From positions 13,144,001 through 13,208,000 of the forward strand of contig OX597838.1 in assembly GCA_951406725.2 (NCBI GenBank): DNA of 64,000 bases, given 5' to 3'. Position numbers and translations under genes: made by a program. The stretch is from Octopus vulgaris. Its lineage: Eukaryota. The stretch's first letter is position 1; each line of letters starts with the position of its first letter. Below, piece after piece: positions 38,401 through 47,743 of the stretch. The notes under the pieces are model-generated. The model was given only the letters and a program-made list of their open reading frames with translations. It was not told the origin of the DNA and did not search any database.

Positions 38401-41400
38401 AGAGGTGGAGTCGTCTACCACAGGAACAGTGGGCGTGTTCACTTTAAAAGAGCAACAGGAGATTCCTGAAATGGAAAAATCTCTTCCATTAACGGATGAG
38501 GTTGTTACTGAAGCTGCACTTTTGGTTGATGCCTCAAACAGTGAACCGCTTGAGATTCCTGTTGAAATCCATGCTGAGGTGTCTGTTGCTGATGAGCAGT
38601 TAGTACCAGATTTGGAACTGACCGAGACACAACCCGTCTCAGCAACTCCCCTTCATAAACTGCCCCAGGAATCCACTGACAATGATCCCTTGTGCAGCTC
38701 TGAAGTAACAGTAACAAATCAAGCTGTTCTGGATGAACGTCTGACCCCTTGTTATCCTGAAACACGTGATGTGCAGAATGTTGCAGAACAGTTGGTGCCA
38801 GAAGTGGCAACGCATCAGGCAGAGAAGTTTCCATTGTTTACAATAGAAACTGCACAGCCATCATATGAACCCGCAGACTTTGTGGCACCCTCTGAAATAT
38901 TAATAGGTGAAGCCGAGTCTGAGACACAGGAAGTGTCAAAGGCACTTGAGGAGCCTGAAATATCTAACTTGGCAGCAAATGCACAGGAAGGGGTTGCAAA
39001 TGATTTTAGCTTTGAGACTAAACATGTAACAGATGAAAGTAATTATTTAGAAAGAATTGATATAATCAGTCGAGATCTTCACAATTTAATGCCAGTTACC
39101 AAAGTTGACATTGCTGAAGAATTAACTGGCAATCTCTCTGATAGTTCTGATGAGATATTTCAAGACACACTTTGCGACAATTCTCCTATGTTTCGCCGAA
39201 AATACACGGAAATTGTTCGTGCAGAAATTGGAACCAGAATGGAAACACTTCACACTTATCAGAGAGACTTATTGTTGGAAATTGAGGAAGATGATGATGA
39301 TGAAGAATTCGTTGAAGCTGAAGGAGAGGCTATGTGCTGGGAGTCTCTGAAAGAGTCTTGGAATATCCAGGGAACTTTGGAAACTCAAACAACTGTAGAG
39401 AAGTGTGATGATGATGATGATCGATCTCTTCCGACCATTTATGAAGCAACTGAAGACCGAACGGAAGCTGTTGTTAGCAAGACTGTTGATGTCTTTGAGG
39501 GATTGGAATCAGCTGCTAATCAGTGTGTTGAGAACCTTGAGAAAACCTCCAAAGAATTGGCTCTGGCAGAAGCTGATGAAATATCCATCTATTATGGGGC
39601 TGAAGTGACCGATTCTGCTGAGTGTAAGGAAGAACACGATGTCCTTGACAATGCTGTCATGGTAGACGATGATAAAGAACTTGTTGAAGCACTTCCTAGT
39701 TGTGAAGAACACGATGTCCTTGACAATGCTGTCGTGGTAGAAGATGATAAAGAACTTGTTGAAGCACTTCCTAGCTGTGAAGAACACGATGTCCTTGACA
39801 ATGCTGTCGTGGTAGAAGATGATAAAGAACTTGTTGAAGCACTTCCTAGCTGTGAAGAAATAGAAGATGAATCAAAGACGGTTCAGCTAAATGAAATGAA
39901 ACGATCTGAAGCAATTACTGACTTTGGTAAAATATCTGAGAAAGAAACAGTCACAGTGAAAGAGTTTGAAGAATTTTCTGGTGAGCTATCATCTGAAACT
40001 CCTCTCATGAAATCTGATGAGAGTTTTGGAAATCTAGTGCAATACTTGGAGTCAGATAGCATCAATGATCTTGAGGAATTTGAGCGTATTGAATTGGCAT
40101 GTGAGGAACTTTCTAAGAACAAGCTTGTAGATCTCCAAGACATGTCAAACAAAGATGAATGTGTTGAGAAGACTGAAAAGCCTCACAAAGCTAATGGTTT
40201 AGAGGAATCTTCAGACTCAGACATTATGAAGAGCCAGCAGATAATTTTAACCAAGGAATTAGAAGTAGATGAGGGTGATGAATCTGCTGATTTAATGGTT
40301 GATGCCAGTGATGCAATTAACAGAGTGAAGACCAAAGTCAGTGAACAAAGATCTGTGTCTCTTCTCCAGAATAGCGAGGAAGTTGAAGTGGAAGATCAGA
40401 TTGATTATTATGAGTATATGAGATTAAGGAGCTGTGAAGAAGAACAAGTTCATGCTGCTCTCCACAGTGAGGGTGGATTATCTGAAAATGGTGAGATTAA
40501 TAACAAGGATGGAAAGGTGGAACATGGAAGAAAAGTTGCTCAGAAAATATCTGTTGTTACTTCTGATCAACATGTAGAAATAGCTGCATCTACTGTAGCG
40601 GGTGATGCATCGTTTGCAGATTATTGCAGTGAAGATGTCTCTGAGAATATTACCAGAAGTGTTTGTGTTGACAATGTTGATGTGGTGAAGGACGTCACAA
40701 TGGAGTCTTATTCCAAAGATAGTGAAAATGGTGAGGTACTGAAAATCGATGCCTTGAACTCCACCAATCTTTCTATTAATGCTAATGAGATATCTATCAC
40801 TACAACTACAGAAGCAAATTCTATTGAAGAATCCATCAGAGCAGAAAATGGCTTGTCTGAAAAGACAGGTTTTGTTACATCAGAAGAAAATTCCACAGAG
40901 ATGGAACTGCTGGAAATCTCTGCCAAACAAGAAACATCTTTGTTGGATGACAGCAGCAATTTAAGTGGTGAAACTGTGAAAGATAACCAATGTGATATGG
41001 TGGTTGACATCAGTGTCATTAACAGTGAAGTTAAAGAAGAACAGAAGGTCCCATGTCCAGTTGATTTGTCTGGTGTTGAAACACAAACCCTGGTGATCAA
41101 TGAAAATATGGTTTTGGAATTGCCAGAAATTGATGCTGACTTGAATGTCAGTTCTGAACAGTCTTCACCAGAAAGCAGTTCTTCCGTTTCAATTTCCCAA
41201 ACTGCTGACAAAGAATTCCAACAAGACCAGCTTGAAGATTTGAAAGACAACACTTCAGAATTGTCTCAAATCCAAGAGAATAGTGAGACAACAGCCGTTG
41301 CCACCACAAAGAAGAAAAGGAGGAGGAAGGCGAAGAAAAACAAAAACAACAAAGATAAACCTGAAACTCTTCTCATGGAAGACCAGGAAGTTTTGGAAAA

Positions 41401-44293
41401 TGGTGATGCCATAGAGCAGGATGAAATGACTGAGGAATATTCTGGAGAGTGTCTCTTGATTGAGGACTCTGTTGAAGAGTTGTCTGTACAGAAGGTTTGT
41501 TATTCCCAGTCTAGTACAGAAGTTCATTCCACAGTTGCTACAGCTGGGGCTGAATTTACTGAATCATTGACTTTAGAAAGTGATGAGTCAGTGGAGCATT
41601 CTAGACATTCACCAGTTGAGGTCTCTGCAACTTTTTCACTGTCTGATATTGTGAAAGACATTTCAAAGAATGAAGAGGAAATAACAGAAGAAAATACTTC
41701 AAGAGAACAACATCAAGCGAATCAGGATAAGGTAACTGAAACAACTTTAGAACAAATAGCCAATCAGAATGATACAGAAAATCATGAACAAACGGTAGAA
41801 ACAATTTCACAGCAGCAAACTCAAATTACCAGTCATGATACGATAACAGAAGTAACTCTACTGCAACAATCCGGTCAGGATGAGACATCACAACAGCTAA
41901 CCATTCAGGATGAAACATCACAACAGCTAACCATTCAAGATGAGACATCACAACAGCTAACCATTCAGGATGGGACATCACAACAGCTAACCATTCAGGA
42001 TGAAACATCACAACAGCTAACCATTCAGGATGAGACATCACAACAGCTAACCATTCAGGATGAGACATCACAACAGCTAACCATTCAGGATGGGACATCA
42101 CAACAGCTAACCATTCAGGATGGGACATCACAACAGCTAACCATTCAGGATGAAACATCACAACAGCTAACCATTCAGGATGAAACATCACAACAGCTAA
42201 CCATTCAGGATGAAACATCACAACAGCTAACCATTCAGGATGAAGCATCACAACAGCTAACCATTCAGGATGAAACATCACAACAGCTAACCATTCAGGA
42301 TGAAACATCACAACAGCTAACCATTCAGGATGAAGCATCACAACAGCTAACCAATCAGGATGAGGTAACAGAAATGGTTACACAAAAACTAGTCAGTCAC
42401 ACAGTAACAGAAACAATTTCACAAGAACTGACCAATCATGAGTTAACAATCTCAGAGCAATTAGCCAGCCATAATGAAGTGACAGAAACCGATTCACAAC
42501 AATTACGGCAGCTAACGAATCATGATGAAACAATGCAAACAGTTTCCTTAGACTCTACGGCTGTTTCAAGAGATGAAGGCATTTCTCAGACAGAGTCATC
42601 TAGTTCTGTCGTTGAAGGGAAGAAGCAGAAAACTGTGACTTTTGGTACAACTGAAACTGTTCAAAACATTGATAATCGTTCTCTTCATAAAGGCTATGAA
42701 GAAGCAACAGAGTATGATTCAAATTCCTTGCTAGATACATCCCACTGTTTCACAATATATTTCCGTGAAAATTCTGGAGATATACCAAAGTCAAAACTTC
42801 CTTCATTGTCTGCAAGTCGAGGACAAAACTCTTTGCAACCACTTGCAGAAGAATCATCTAAACAAATTCAAAACAGAATTGACATTAATAACAAATTAAA
42901 TTCACGTTTTCCTTCCAAGATTCCTCGTCCTTTCAGTAAAACCAATACTTCTTTGACACAGTCATCATCTTCCAGCTTTTCTGATTCTTACATGAAAAAA
43001 TCAAATTTCCTCTCTGATTTACCAGATTCTTCAATTGATGATTATTTCCCTCGTAGAGAGGAATCCAAAGTGAACAGTACTGATGTAATTAAACCAGAAA
43101 TGCCACCACCATCATCACATTTTACCATTTCAAATCAAATGGAATCCAGTGAGGGCCCTCCACCTGTTCCACTACCTTTTAGGATGCTTTATGATGAGAG
43201 TGAGCCACCACCGATACCATCGAGGGAACTCAGAAGTTTGGAAACTGAACCGGAAAATCTTCCAACCAATTCTATTGACACCACAGTGCCACCTGGTGGC
43301 CAAGATGGTGTCACTTTGGTCAGAGAGGAACAGCAGCAAGATAACACTGCCAACAATTCTGGTAACTCAGACAACGGTGTTCAGTCTTCAAATAAATCTG
43401 CAATCTACCAGCAGAAACGGTTTAGGGACTTAAAGCATTTCTCAAGGATCAGTAATTTGACCTACAATGAAGTCTTAGAACTCGAAGAGCATGAGAAAGT
43501 AGAATATCTGAAAGATTCTAGCACTGAGCAGCGCATGCAGGATTTACGGGATTTCAGCCAATTGTGTTCAACAGAATCTGTTTTCTCCCGAAAATCTGGC
43601 AGTTCTGATTCAGGAATTCAGACCAATTTACGAGAGTCCAAGCATTCCAGCTCCTCATTATCACTCCAGACTTCGAGGACGTCAGGTTCAGGTTATCGTA
43701 AAACCAAAAGGCTCTCAGACTCTGCTGTCTGTGTTGATGGAACTGAAGAATTTGATCAGTCAATGTCCACATCCATCCGTCAAACTAACGGAGAGACTGA
43801 AAGGTCCAACACATTGCAGTCTGTGGGCAGACAAAGTCGAGAACCTATTGTTTACGGAAGGATCAACAAATCTAGAGAAATGGCCCGTAGCTGTTACAGC
43901 CTTGATTACCAATTCAGATATGGTTCAAAAGGATCTTCAGATTTGGCCACCACTGCAGACAGGTCTTCTTATCATGGAAGCAGCCGAAATGATTCTGAAA
44001 CTAACTTAACAGTTCAAAGGTTACAGGATGCTGGCATGTGCACGTCAAATTTTACACCCGTCAAAAAGAACTTTGACGACAGTCAGTCATTTATGTCCAC
44101 GGTGTCATTCCTTAAGTCTAACGAAGACTCAAATCTATCAGTAAATGATACTGAGACCGAATCTATTTATGAGGACGTTTCTCTCTACTCAAGTTCAGAA
44201 TGTGACACGGCGTCAATAAAACGCGAGAAAAAATCCAAAAAGTTGAGTTCAAGGTTAAAGAAATTTGGTAGCAAATTGAAGTTTTGGAAATAA
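32423..44293 (+). CDS. Giant uninterrupted coding exon (3953 aa from Met 32432): acidic, largely low-complexity, repeat-rich protein; giant alternative terminal exon of the paxillin locus or nested intronless gene
   Basis: 11.9 kb stop-free and free of the microsatellites and SINEs that saturate the flanks; tandem repeats all have periods divisible by 3; acceptor ttcttctattttgttggttTAG at 32422 (that TAG is also the in-frame upstream stop); TAA at 44291-44293. Confidence 0.9.
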   Translation, partial: PAVMYSMSQTTLAEREGRENQTHSRNSSAPFVRTHTLTSGRMASFSENGKFSHLEHRLNNTSQTSTGVENDQSCCTDRKRGTKTTVRHSNFQSELDSVLKARSTPIKKAPQIPALRGNPNNPNSSSTFETIPNSSAGSISSVNRKQSPAHSLSDQPVSFRVAAAPVQTHAPPSPLPPPLDLPPPPNLPRLSGPHPPTRSASLNVKTGQMSNNLNSSPFRQSGRARSSTKGSHTSSILRSGFLDTSDLEDCRTPEISELNFSIGHGTPVASESGSRSIQQPAPSVDSSRFALTSKPTSKIDEPIPVYLKCQTWCNKIPDAGGKKAPVPQPKMSEELRNIESFESAMLDWFQTITQANDTDDLRSETSVSSVGSRKSECRLRSIISNRFQTSDQIENVLTDLLAVSDQYAQLTDSESIGPAALDPLESRYRTFGRKPGSAPRSRMFRRTSGYRSGDMSETESDSERPAHPSSYKTVLSELQAVLRKRKVTPKTPSVESGLGSSENSMKATSETMSPPISRQSKASTPPAPPPKPQMAKVHEANPDSVQTASKTQRRPLVNPGDFQVLLGELSTAWSKRLRRIRKAQVVSQRGGESSLYANFQGFRVPETLASDSSSKYKNFEGVRTPAESIAEEDAEDLKNYESFEARKSKFMANSSSRQYESDQEYTRPSFGRIRGPGMNNDMVRPSRVSVRKQAFQSPNENQSRRKPDLETCSLQSFSVRPISKMQNNFGSAVVSDNEFDDRNEGFRRHRSRHNPEQRRIWQNIEYIQVNSRQTPSRHGSEQSLPQLMAESQGRPRRRERTPQIVENQSSQQPLQHSQSRDDVSCSSLHLSRDVSSKPKVDEQIPSPEDSKEQPKHESSTVLTLSNSNQGPKVKAVSQKTDTKSEFHKRIEQISADDSNRSADPEARKFLVAGITDVSKQLQSAISEATEKPAPLSMKLSSPVNQNIGPTKAPNTDHMNVGEEKEIILERLQKIGDAKFVSKEELPDLPMDIVKASAMIVKPLVTSNLKKLIGGGKEEEKPKSLGKSEVVLNFSETAVQEQTVLSEYEDNVILGGIEDKLVPEKKPDTSDGFDMDNSRILSEMNVDQKLSLEEPSENESVISKAKVEITSTKTTAVTVLQSSVSEETKASDTVLKSEGITEDQQATDGLVEDAEDQVTSSNISISLDHPVIGMENVEESDQETKHKSETVLFLPYTKEPQQNEVSEPQPVTVDSLKSSTVVLSSINTEHSLPSENLLIDSLTYENSKEQTENLEVTPEEASSIEVVPMSQDLPVLQDVPVIQDAKVSSAQIELGQSEENIEEITNVSVTLSLGENSDLKKPEESVLKPEESLVIPEESLVKPEELLVKPEESLVKPEESLVKPEESLTKPEESLVKPEELLVKPEESLVIPEESLVKPEESLTKPEESLVIPEESLTKPEESLVKPYEKDEEKESLDVEQISCEQEDHQIEHDQLVEEKGLKKSEAEGSKQETSDISEIMDTFDDLQKELRLMESSLEENSAKGPTIESMLQEALVKTYSIDVLSQLNQSDEDSFEPGIICGQWIKKGTTVRSESSVVKEEFKHETQVIDFGEELVNAGDLADSVSEQLDSGEGELKTENLGFVEHEEFDYVQKIPSDFIEDEIYDNVPSVTEGSIPFVSAESKSPDALLMKEEEEHTEKLTEKMIPSNIMSMETVTSSRTSFVLEETSVPAVLEFEASISGPTNLETSAQATAGLEPTYTLTPLEQDSCIVEPAPMVTHRGMEPPTEVSTRLESYIESSADLESHIQTSIDLESCTETSVEFDSPSVELPEKQQAPIDASAELERLRMALAQMEPSSVIPPQMEPSSEAQSQLEALRMALAQMEPSSATPPQLESPSAMPPQLEPSSEAQSQLEALRMALAQMEPVNATPQQPEPSNVTLPQLVPSATAQSQLEKLSMALSQMESSPAALPRLEPSAVAQSQLDKLSLALSQMGSSSVASSQLEPRTVALSELESSIEAVPTELQLCTMQVTEVESSTTGTVGVFTLKEQQEIPEMEKSLPLTDEVVTEAALLVDASNSEPLEIPVEIHAEVSVADEQLVPDLELTETQPVSATPLHKLPQESTDNDPLCSSEVTVTNQAVLDERLTPCYPETRDVQNVAEQLVPEVATHQAEKFPLFTIETAQPSYEPADFVAPSEILIGEAESETQEVSKALEEPEISNLAANAQEGVANDFSFETKHVTDESNYLERIDIISRDLHNLMPVTKVDIAEELTGNLSDSSDEIFQDTLCDNSPMFRRKYTEIVRAEIGTRMETLHTYQRDLLLEIEEDDDDEEFVEAEGEAMCWESLKESWNIQGTLETQTTVEKCDDDDDRSLPTIYEATEDRTEAVVSKTVDVFEGLESAANQCVENLEKTSKELALAEADEISIYYGAEVTDSAECKEEHDVLDNAVMVDDDKELVEALPSCEEHDVLDNAVVVEDDKELVEALPSCEEHDVLDNAVVVEDDKELVEALPSCEEIEDESKTVQLNEMKRSEAITDFGKISEKETVTVKEFEEFSGELSSETPLMKSDESFGNLVQYLESDSINDLEEFERIELACEELSKNKLVDLQDMSNKDECVEKTEKPHKANGLEESSDSDIMKSQQIILTKELEVDEGDESADLMVDASDAINRVKTKVSEQRSVSLLQNSEEVEVEDQIDYYEYMRLRSCEEEQVHAALHSEGGLSENGEINNKDGKVEHGRKVAQKISVVTSDQHVEIAASTVAGDASFADYCSEDVSENITRSVCVDNVDVVKDVTMESYSKDSENGEVLKIDALNSTNLSINANEISITTTTEANSIEESIRAENGLSEKTGFVTSEENSTEMELLEISAKQETSLLDDSSNLSGETVKDNQCDMVVDISVINSEVKEEQKVPCPVDLSGVETQTLVINENMVLELPEIDADLNVSSEQSSPESSSSVSISQTADKEFQQDQLEDLKDNTSELSQIQENSETTAVATTKKKRRRKAKKNKNNKDKPETLLMEDQEVLENGDAIEQDEMTEEYSGECLLIEDSVEELSVQKVCYSQSSTEVHSTVATAGAEFTESLTLESDESVEHSRHSPVEVSATFSLSDIVKDISKNEEEITEENTSREQHQANQDKVTETTLEQIANQNDTENHEQTVETISQQQTQITSHDTITEVTLLQQSGQDETSQQLTIQDETSQQLTIQDETSQQLTIQDGTSQQLTIQDETSQQLTIQDETSQQLTIQDETSQQLTIQDGTSQQLTIQDGTSQQLTIQDETSQQLTIQDETSQQLTIQDETSQQLTIQDEASQQLTIQDETSQQLTIQDETSQQLTIQDEASQQLTNQDEVTEMVTQKLVSHTVTETISQELTNHELTISEQLASHNEVTETDSQQLRQLTNHDETMQTVSLDSTAVSRDEGISQTESSSSVVEGKKQKTVTFGTTETVQNIDNRSLHKGYEEATEYDSNSLLDTSHCFTIYFRENSGDIPKSKLPSLSASRGQNSLQPLAEESSKQIQNRIDINNKLNSRFPSKIPRPFSKTNTSLTQSSSSSFSDSYMKKSNFLSDLPDSSIDDYFPRREESKVNSTDVIKPEMPPPSSHFTISNQMESSEGPPPVPLPFRMLYDESEPPPIPSRELRSLETEPENLPTNSIDTTVPPGGQDGVTLVREEQQQDNTANNSGNSDNGVQSSNKSAIYQQKRFRDLKHFSRISNLTYNEVLELEEHEKVEYLKDSSTEQRMQDLRDFSQLCSTESVFSRKSGSSDSGIQTNLRESKHSSSSLSLQTSRTSGSGYRKTKRLSDSAVCVDGTEEFDQSMSTSIRQTNGETERSNTLQSVGRQSREPIVYGRINKSREMARSCYSLDYQFRYGSKGSSDLATTADRSSYHGSSRNDSETNLTVQRLQDAGMCTSNFTPVKKNFDDSQSFMSTVSFLKSNEDSNLSVNDTETESIYEDVSLYSSSECDTASIKREKKSKKLSSRLKKFGSKLKFWK
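36383..36700 (+). repeat. Coding tandem repeat, 21-bp / 7-aa unit PEESL(V/T)(K/I), ~15 copies
   Basis: ccagaagaatcactggttaaa repeated. Confidence 0.95.
37823..38350 (+). repeat. Coding repeat built from 30-bp subunits, with five (S)QLE(A/K/R)L(R/S)MAL(A/S)QME-type helices at ~90/120/120/90-bp spacing
   Basis: Seen in DNA (cacaatcacaactggaggctcttagaatggcactggcacaaatggag) and in translation. Confidence 0.9.
39627..39858 (+). repeat. Coding tandem repeat, 75-bp / 25-aa unit CEEHDVLDNAVVVEDDKELVEALPS, 3 copies
   Basis: Near-identical copies. Confidence 0.95.
41876..42365 (+). repeat. Coding tandem repeat, 30-bp / 10-aa unit QD(E/G)(T/A)SQQLTI, ~16 copies
   Basis: caggatgaaacatcacaacagctaaccatt repeated almost perfectly. 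Confidence 0.95.
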
Positions 44294-44837
44294 TTGATGA
44301 AGCAGGACGAAGAAACATAAATCTGAAGAAGGAAAGCACAAAACAAAGAAAAAACAAAACAAAACAAACAAACAAAGAAAATATTGTACAAAATTATAAT
44401 ATAAAAATGATAATTCTTTTAATGAATTAAAAACACTGGTTTACCATGGAGCTGAGTTCTAAACCGATAAGGAAAAGAAATTGGGGTGAAAAAAGAAAAA
44501 TTCTTGATTCATTGTAGCTTTTACATATACTTACCATTTTTTAACATGAATCATATGTGAAGGTTTCTTTTTTGGGGTTTTTTGATGAAAATGTTGCTTC
44601 TGTGGCAGAAAATATTTGGGCAATCTTCATAGTTGATTTTTGATATAGATAATGTTTAATTTTAAAATTCACCATTTCCAACTCCTGTTTAAAAGCAACA
44701 ACAACAACAACAGCAACTGCAACAAGTAACTGCTACATTTGTTTGTATATTGAGCTTCTGAAGTTGTCATTAAAACTCCATCAATGGAAAAAATATTTTT
44801 TAAAAAAATACACAAAAAAAAAAACATGATGCAATGA

Positions 44838-45202
44838 AATAAACAGAAAGAAATGAGGCTTACATAAACTGTTTGATTAACTCTTGCACACTTGTCATCC
44901 CTTCCCCCCCCCCACACACACACACGCACACCCTACAGCCATCCATCCAAACTTTTTTTTCCCCCCATACCTCTATCTACCAACTTTATATGCTATGACA
45001 CACCCTTGTATAGGCCTGTTGTGCTGTGAATTTATTCCAAGTATTTCGGTTTAAAGCTAAATAAAGGGGCTGTTTGAATTGAAGCATGTGTAAATTTAAT
45101 CTTTACACACACACACACACACCACACGTGAAAACGAAAAAAAAAAAAGGAAACTACCTTGGCACCTTTGATATGAAATATACATACATGAATACATGTG
45201 TA

Positions 45203-45244
<42 letters not shown>

Positions 45245-45280
45245 CATACATACACGTGTGTGTGTATTTGTGTCAATAAA
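44838..45280 (+). terminator. Candidate polyadenylation signals downstream of the giant ORF
   Basis: AATAAA at 44838-44843, 45060-45065 and 45275-45280; AT-rich context makes these weak evidence. Confidence 0.3.
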
Positions 45281-45517
45281 TATCTGTAGAATCAAGTCTG
45301 TTGGAAGGAAAAGATAAGAGGGATGATGACTGAGTTATCCCTTCACTGATGAACAGTTACCGCATGTATGGGTTGGGTAGATTGCTAGCTGTCTTCCTGT
45401 GTGGGGTGGATGGGTGATTGTATAAAGATGAATTACTGTTTTGCATGTGTACGTGTATATGCTGGCTGTCTTGAGTAAATTCCTTCTTACTTAGTTGACA
45501 GGCCCTAAAAATTACAG

Positions 45518-45550
<33 letters not shown>

Positions 45551-45810
45551 GTAATAATAATAATAAACCAGTTTGTGTTCAGGAAATTGTTGGCTGAAAA
45601 GAAAACCCATATCTGAATTGGGATCAATAATAACAATGGTAAAAGAAAAAGTATATGAAATAAAAAGATTTAAGCCCAAAAGAAATTAAACCCCTCCCTC
45701 TCTAGGATATCAACCAGCTATGCTACAAGATTTCTGGCTTGGCTTTTAGATCAGTTATAAACTGTAGGTATCTTCCTTTTACACCCCTGTCTTAGCCTCA
45801 GGTCATACTA

Positions 45811-45870
<60 letters not shown>

Positions 45871-46135
45871 ACTTACTCTCTCTCTCTCTTTATCTATCTA
45901 TCTCTCTAGCTAGCTATCTATCTATATCTTGATTGATCGATCTTATCTCTCTATCTTTCTGTCTGTTTACGTTTGTTAACTGTAATGAAAGGGGGGAAAA
46001 AAAAAGAACTCAATACTGGATATTGAGGATAGATAATTTAATTCAGTCAACTGGGAACTAAGACTGGCTGAAACTCTTGAGTATCGTCAAATGTTGGCAT
46101 GTTTGAACCATATTTGAACCACAGGTCGACCAGAA

Positions 46136-46325
46136 TGGTCAGCTAGTTCGTTATGGCATGGTTGAGTCAGTTAGTCTGCTAAATGTTATGGCGAGGTCAC
46201 CCAGTTAACTGGACATTATGTTGTGTCTGGCTAGTTCGAGGCGGTCACCTAGTTGACTGAACATTATAGAGAGGTCACCTAGTTCACTGAACATTATTGA
46301 GAGGTCAGCTAGTTCACTAAACATC
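46136..46325 (+). repeat. Degenerate 30-bp minisatellite whose unit contains AGGTCA-nnn-AGTTCA (DR3)
   Basis: gaggtcacctagttcactgaacattattga; perfect DR3 at 46272-46286 and 46302-46316, degenerate copies at ~46136, 46194 and 46242. Confidence 0.75.
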
Positions 46326-46839
46326 TTAGTTTAGCTGGCTGTTCATTACTGAATATTACAATATGTCTGGCTGATTTGCAAGAATGTTTGGTCTGGTCAA
46401 CCAGTTCCCTGAACTCACTGGGCAATGTTGTATAGCCAGTGGCTTCATTGAACACCTTAACAATGTCCATATATATATATGCTGAACCCTGTACAGCTAT
46501 TTTGAGACTTATCCTGAGTACTCTTGTGATGTGTCCACTGGATCTTGTGAGACGGGTTGTACAGCACTGCTCAACATTATGTTCTGTCCAGCATGTTCAC
46601 CAGATTTTGTGGGCCATTCAGTGGTGTTCACCATAAGAACAGAAGGAGAAGGACACACAGACACAACACCAATGAATATTAGAGAAGCAAGCCTTTACTG
46701 CATGATCTTATCTTTTATATATAATATATCTTATTTTAAAGTTATGTCCTAGGTAGAAGAGGGGGTTCAATAGGAAGGTTTGCCCATAACAGTAATATTA
46801 TTAGCAGTAGTAGCAGCAGCAGCAGTAGTAGTTGTTGTT

Positions 46840-46875
<36 letters not shown>

Positions 46876-47570
46876 AAATACAATTTAAATAAAAACAAAC
46901 GTAAAATTTTAGAAATGGTTAATCTTTATTATTCTCATCATCATCATCATCGTCGTCATCATCATTGTCATCATTGTCCACTGATTCACCACCACTGCCG
47001 CTATCATATCCCTCGCTCATACTGACAAACAACTTGCTGCATATTTCTGCTGCAGTCTTTATCTACCTTCCTTGATTCTGGGGGGTTTTTTGGGGTTTTT
47101 TTTTAAACCCCAATTTATTAGTGGGATGGAGTTGTGAGATAGAAAGAGAGCAAAGGAAAAGAAAGAAAGAAAGAAAGAAAGGAAGGAAGGAAGGAAGGAA
47201 AGAAAGAAAGAGGGGGTAATGGAGGATACTACTTTCTCTCCTTACTTTAATTGAATCTATTTTAGATTTTAGTAACGGAACAGTGAGTGGGGGGGGGAGA
47301 GTGCGCAAGGAGCTCAGAGGATTTAGGATCTGATCTGGAACCTCTCCCCCACATTGAAGGGGGCTTACTCTTGTAAAGCAGGGCACCCTATAGAATTCTT
47401 ATTCTGCTGTGTGTGTGCAAGGGGGTGGGGGGGGGGGCAGCGGAGAAGAGTGTGGGGTGGGGGTTAGATTGTTGTGCCTGAATTGGTCCTAAGATGTTAG
47501 AAGTTGTTGTCGGTTTCTATTTATACACCATACGTCTATGGAAACGGTTATTAGATAGGGTGGCAGGAAT

Positions 47571-47604
<34 letters not shown>

Positions 47605-47743
47605 AAAGAAAGTAAAAAAAGGAAAACAAGAACAGATTTAAAACCAAAAAATACAAAATTACAAGTGGAATAAAATAAAGCGAAACAGGGAAAATCAAAA
47701 ACACCACCCGACTGCGATATTTCTTTTCTTTGCCAACCCTCAG

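Noticed and set aside
41876-42365. Regular 30-bp repeats resembling a CRISPR array
   Set aside because: No unique spacers, in-frame coding repeat, eukaryotic context, no cas genes
32635-44009. Antisense and alternate-frame ORFs inside the giant ORF, e.g. 41826-42341 (HPEWLAVVM repeats)
   Set aside because: Shadows of the main frame's codon bias and tandem repeats
32432-44293. Giant ORF as a transposon or endogenous viral polyprotein
   Set aside because: No RT, integrase, helicase, protease or capsid motifs seen; no LTR, TIR or TSD; composition is that of a disordered host protein
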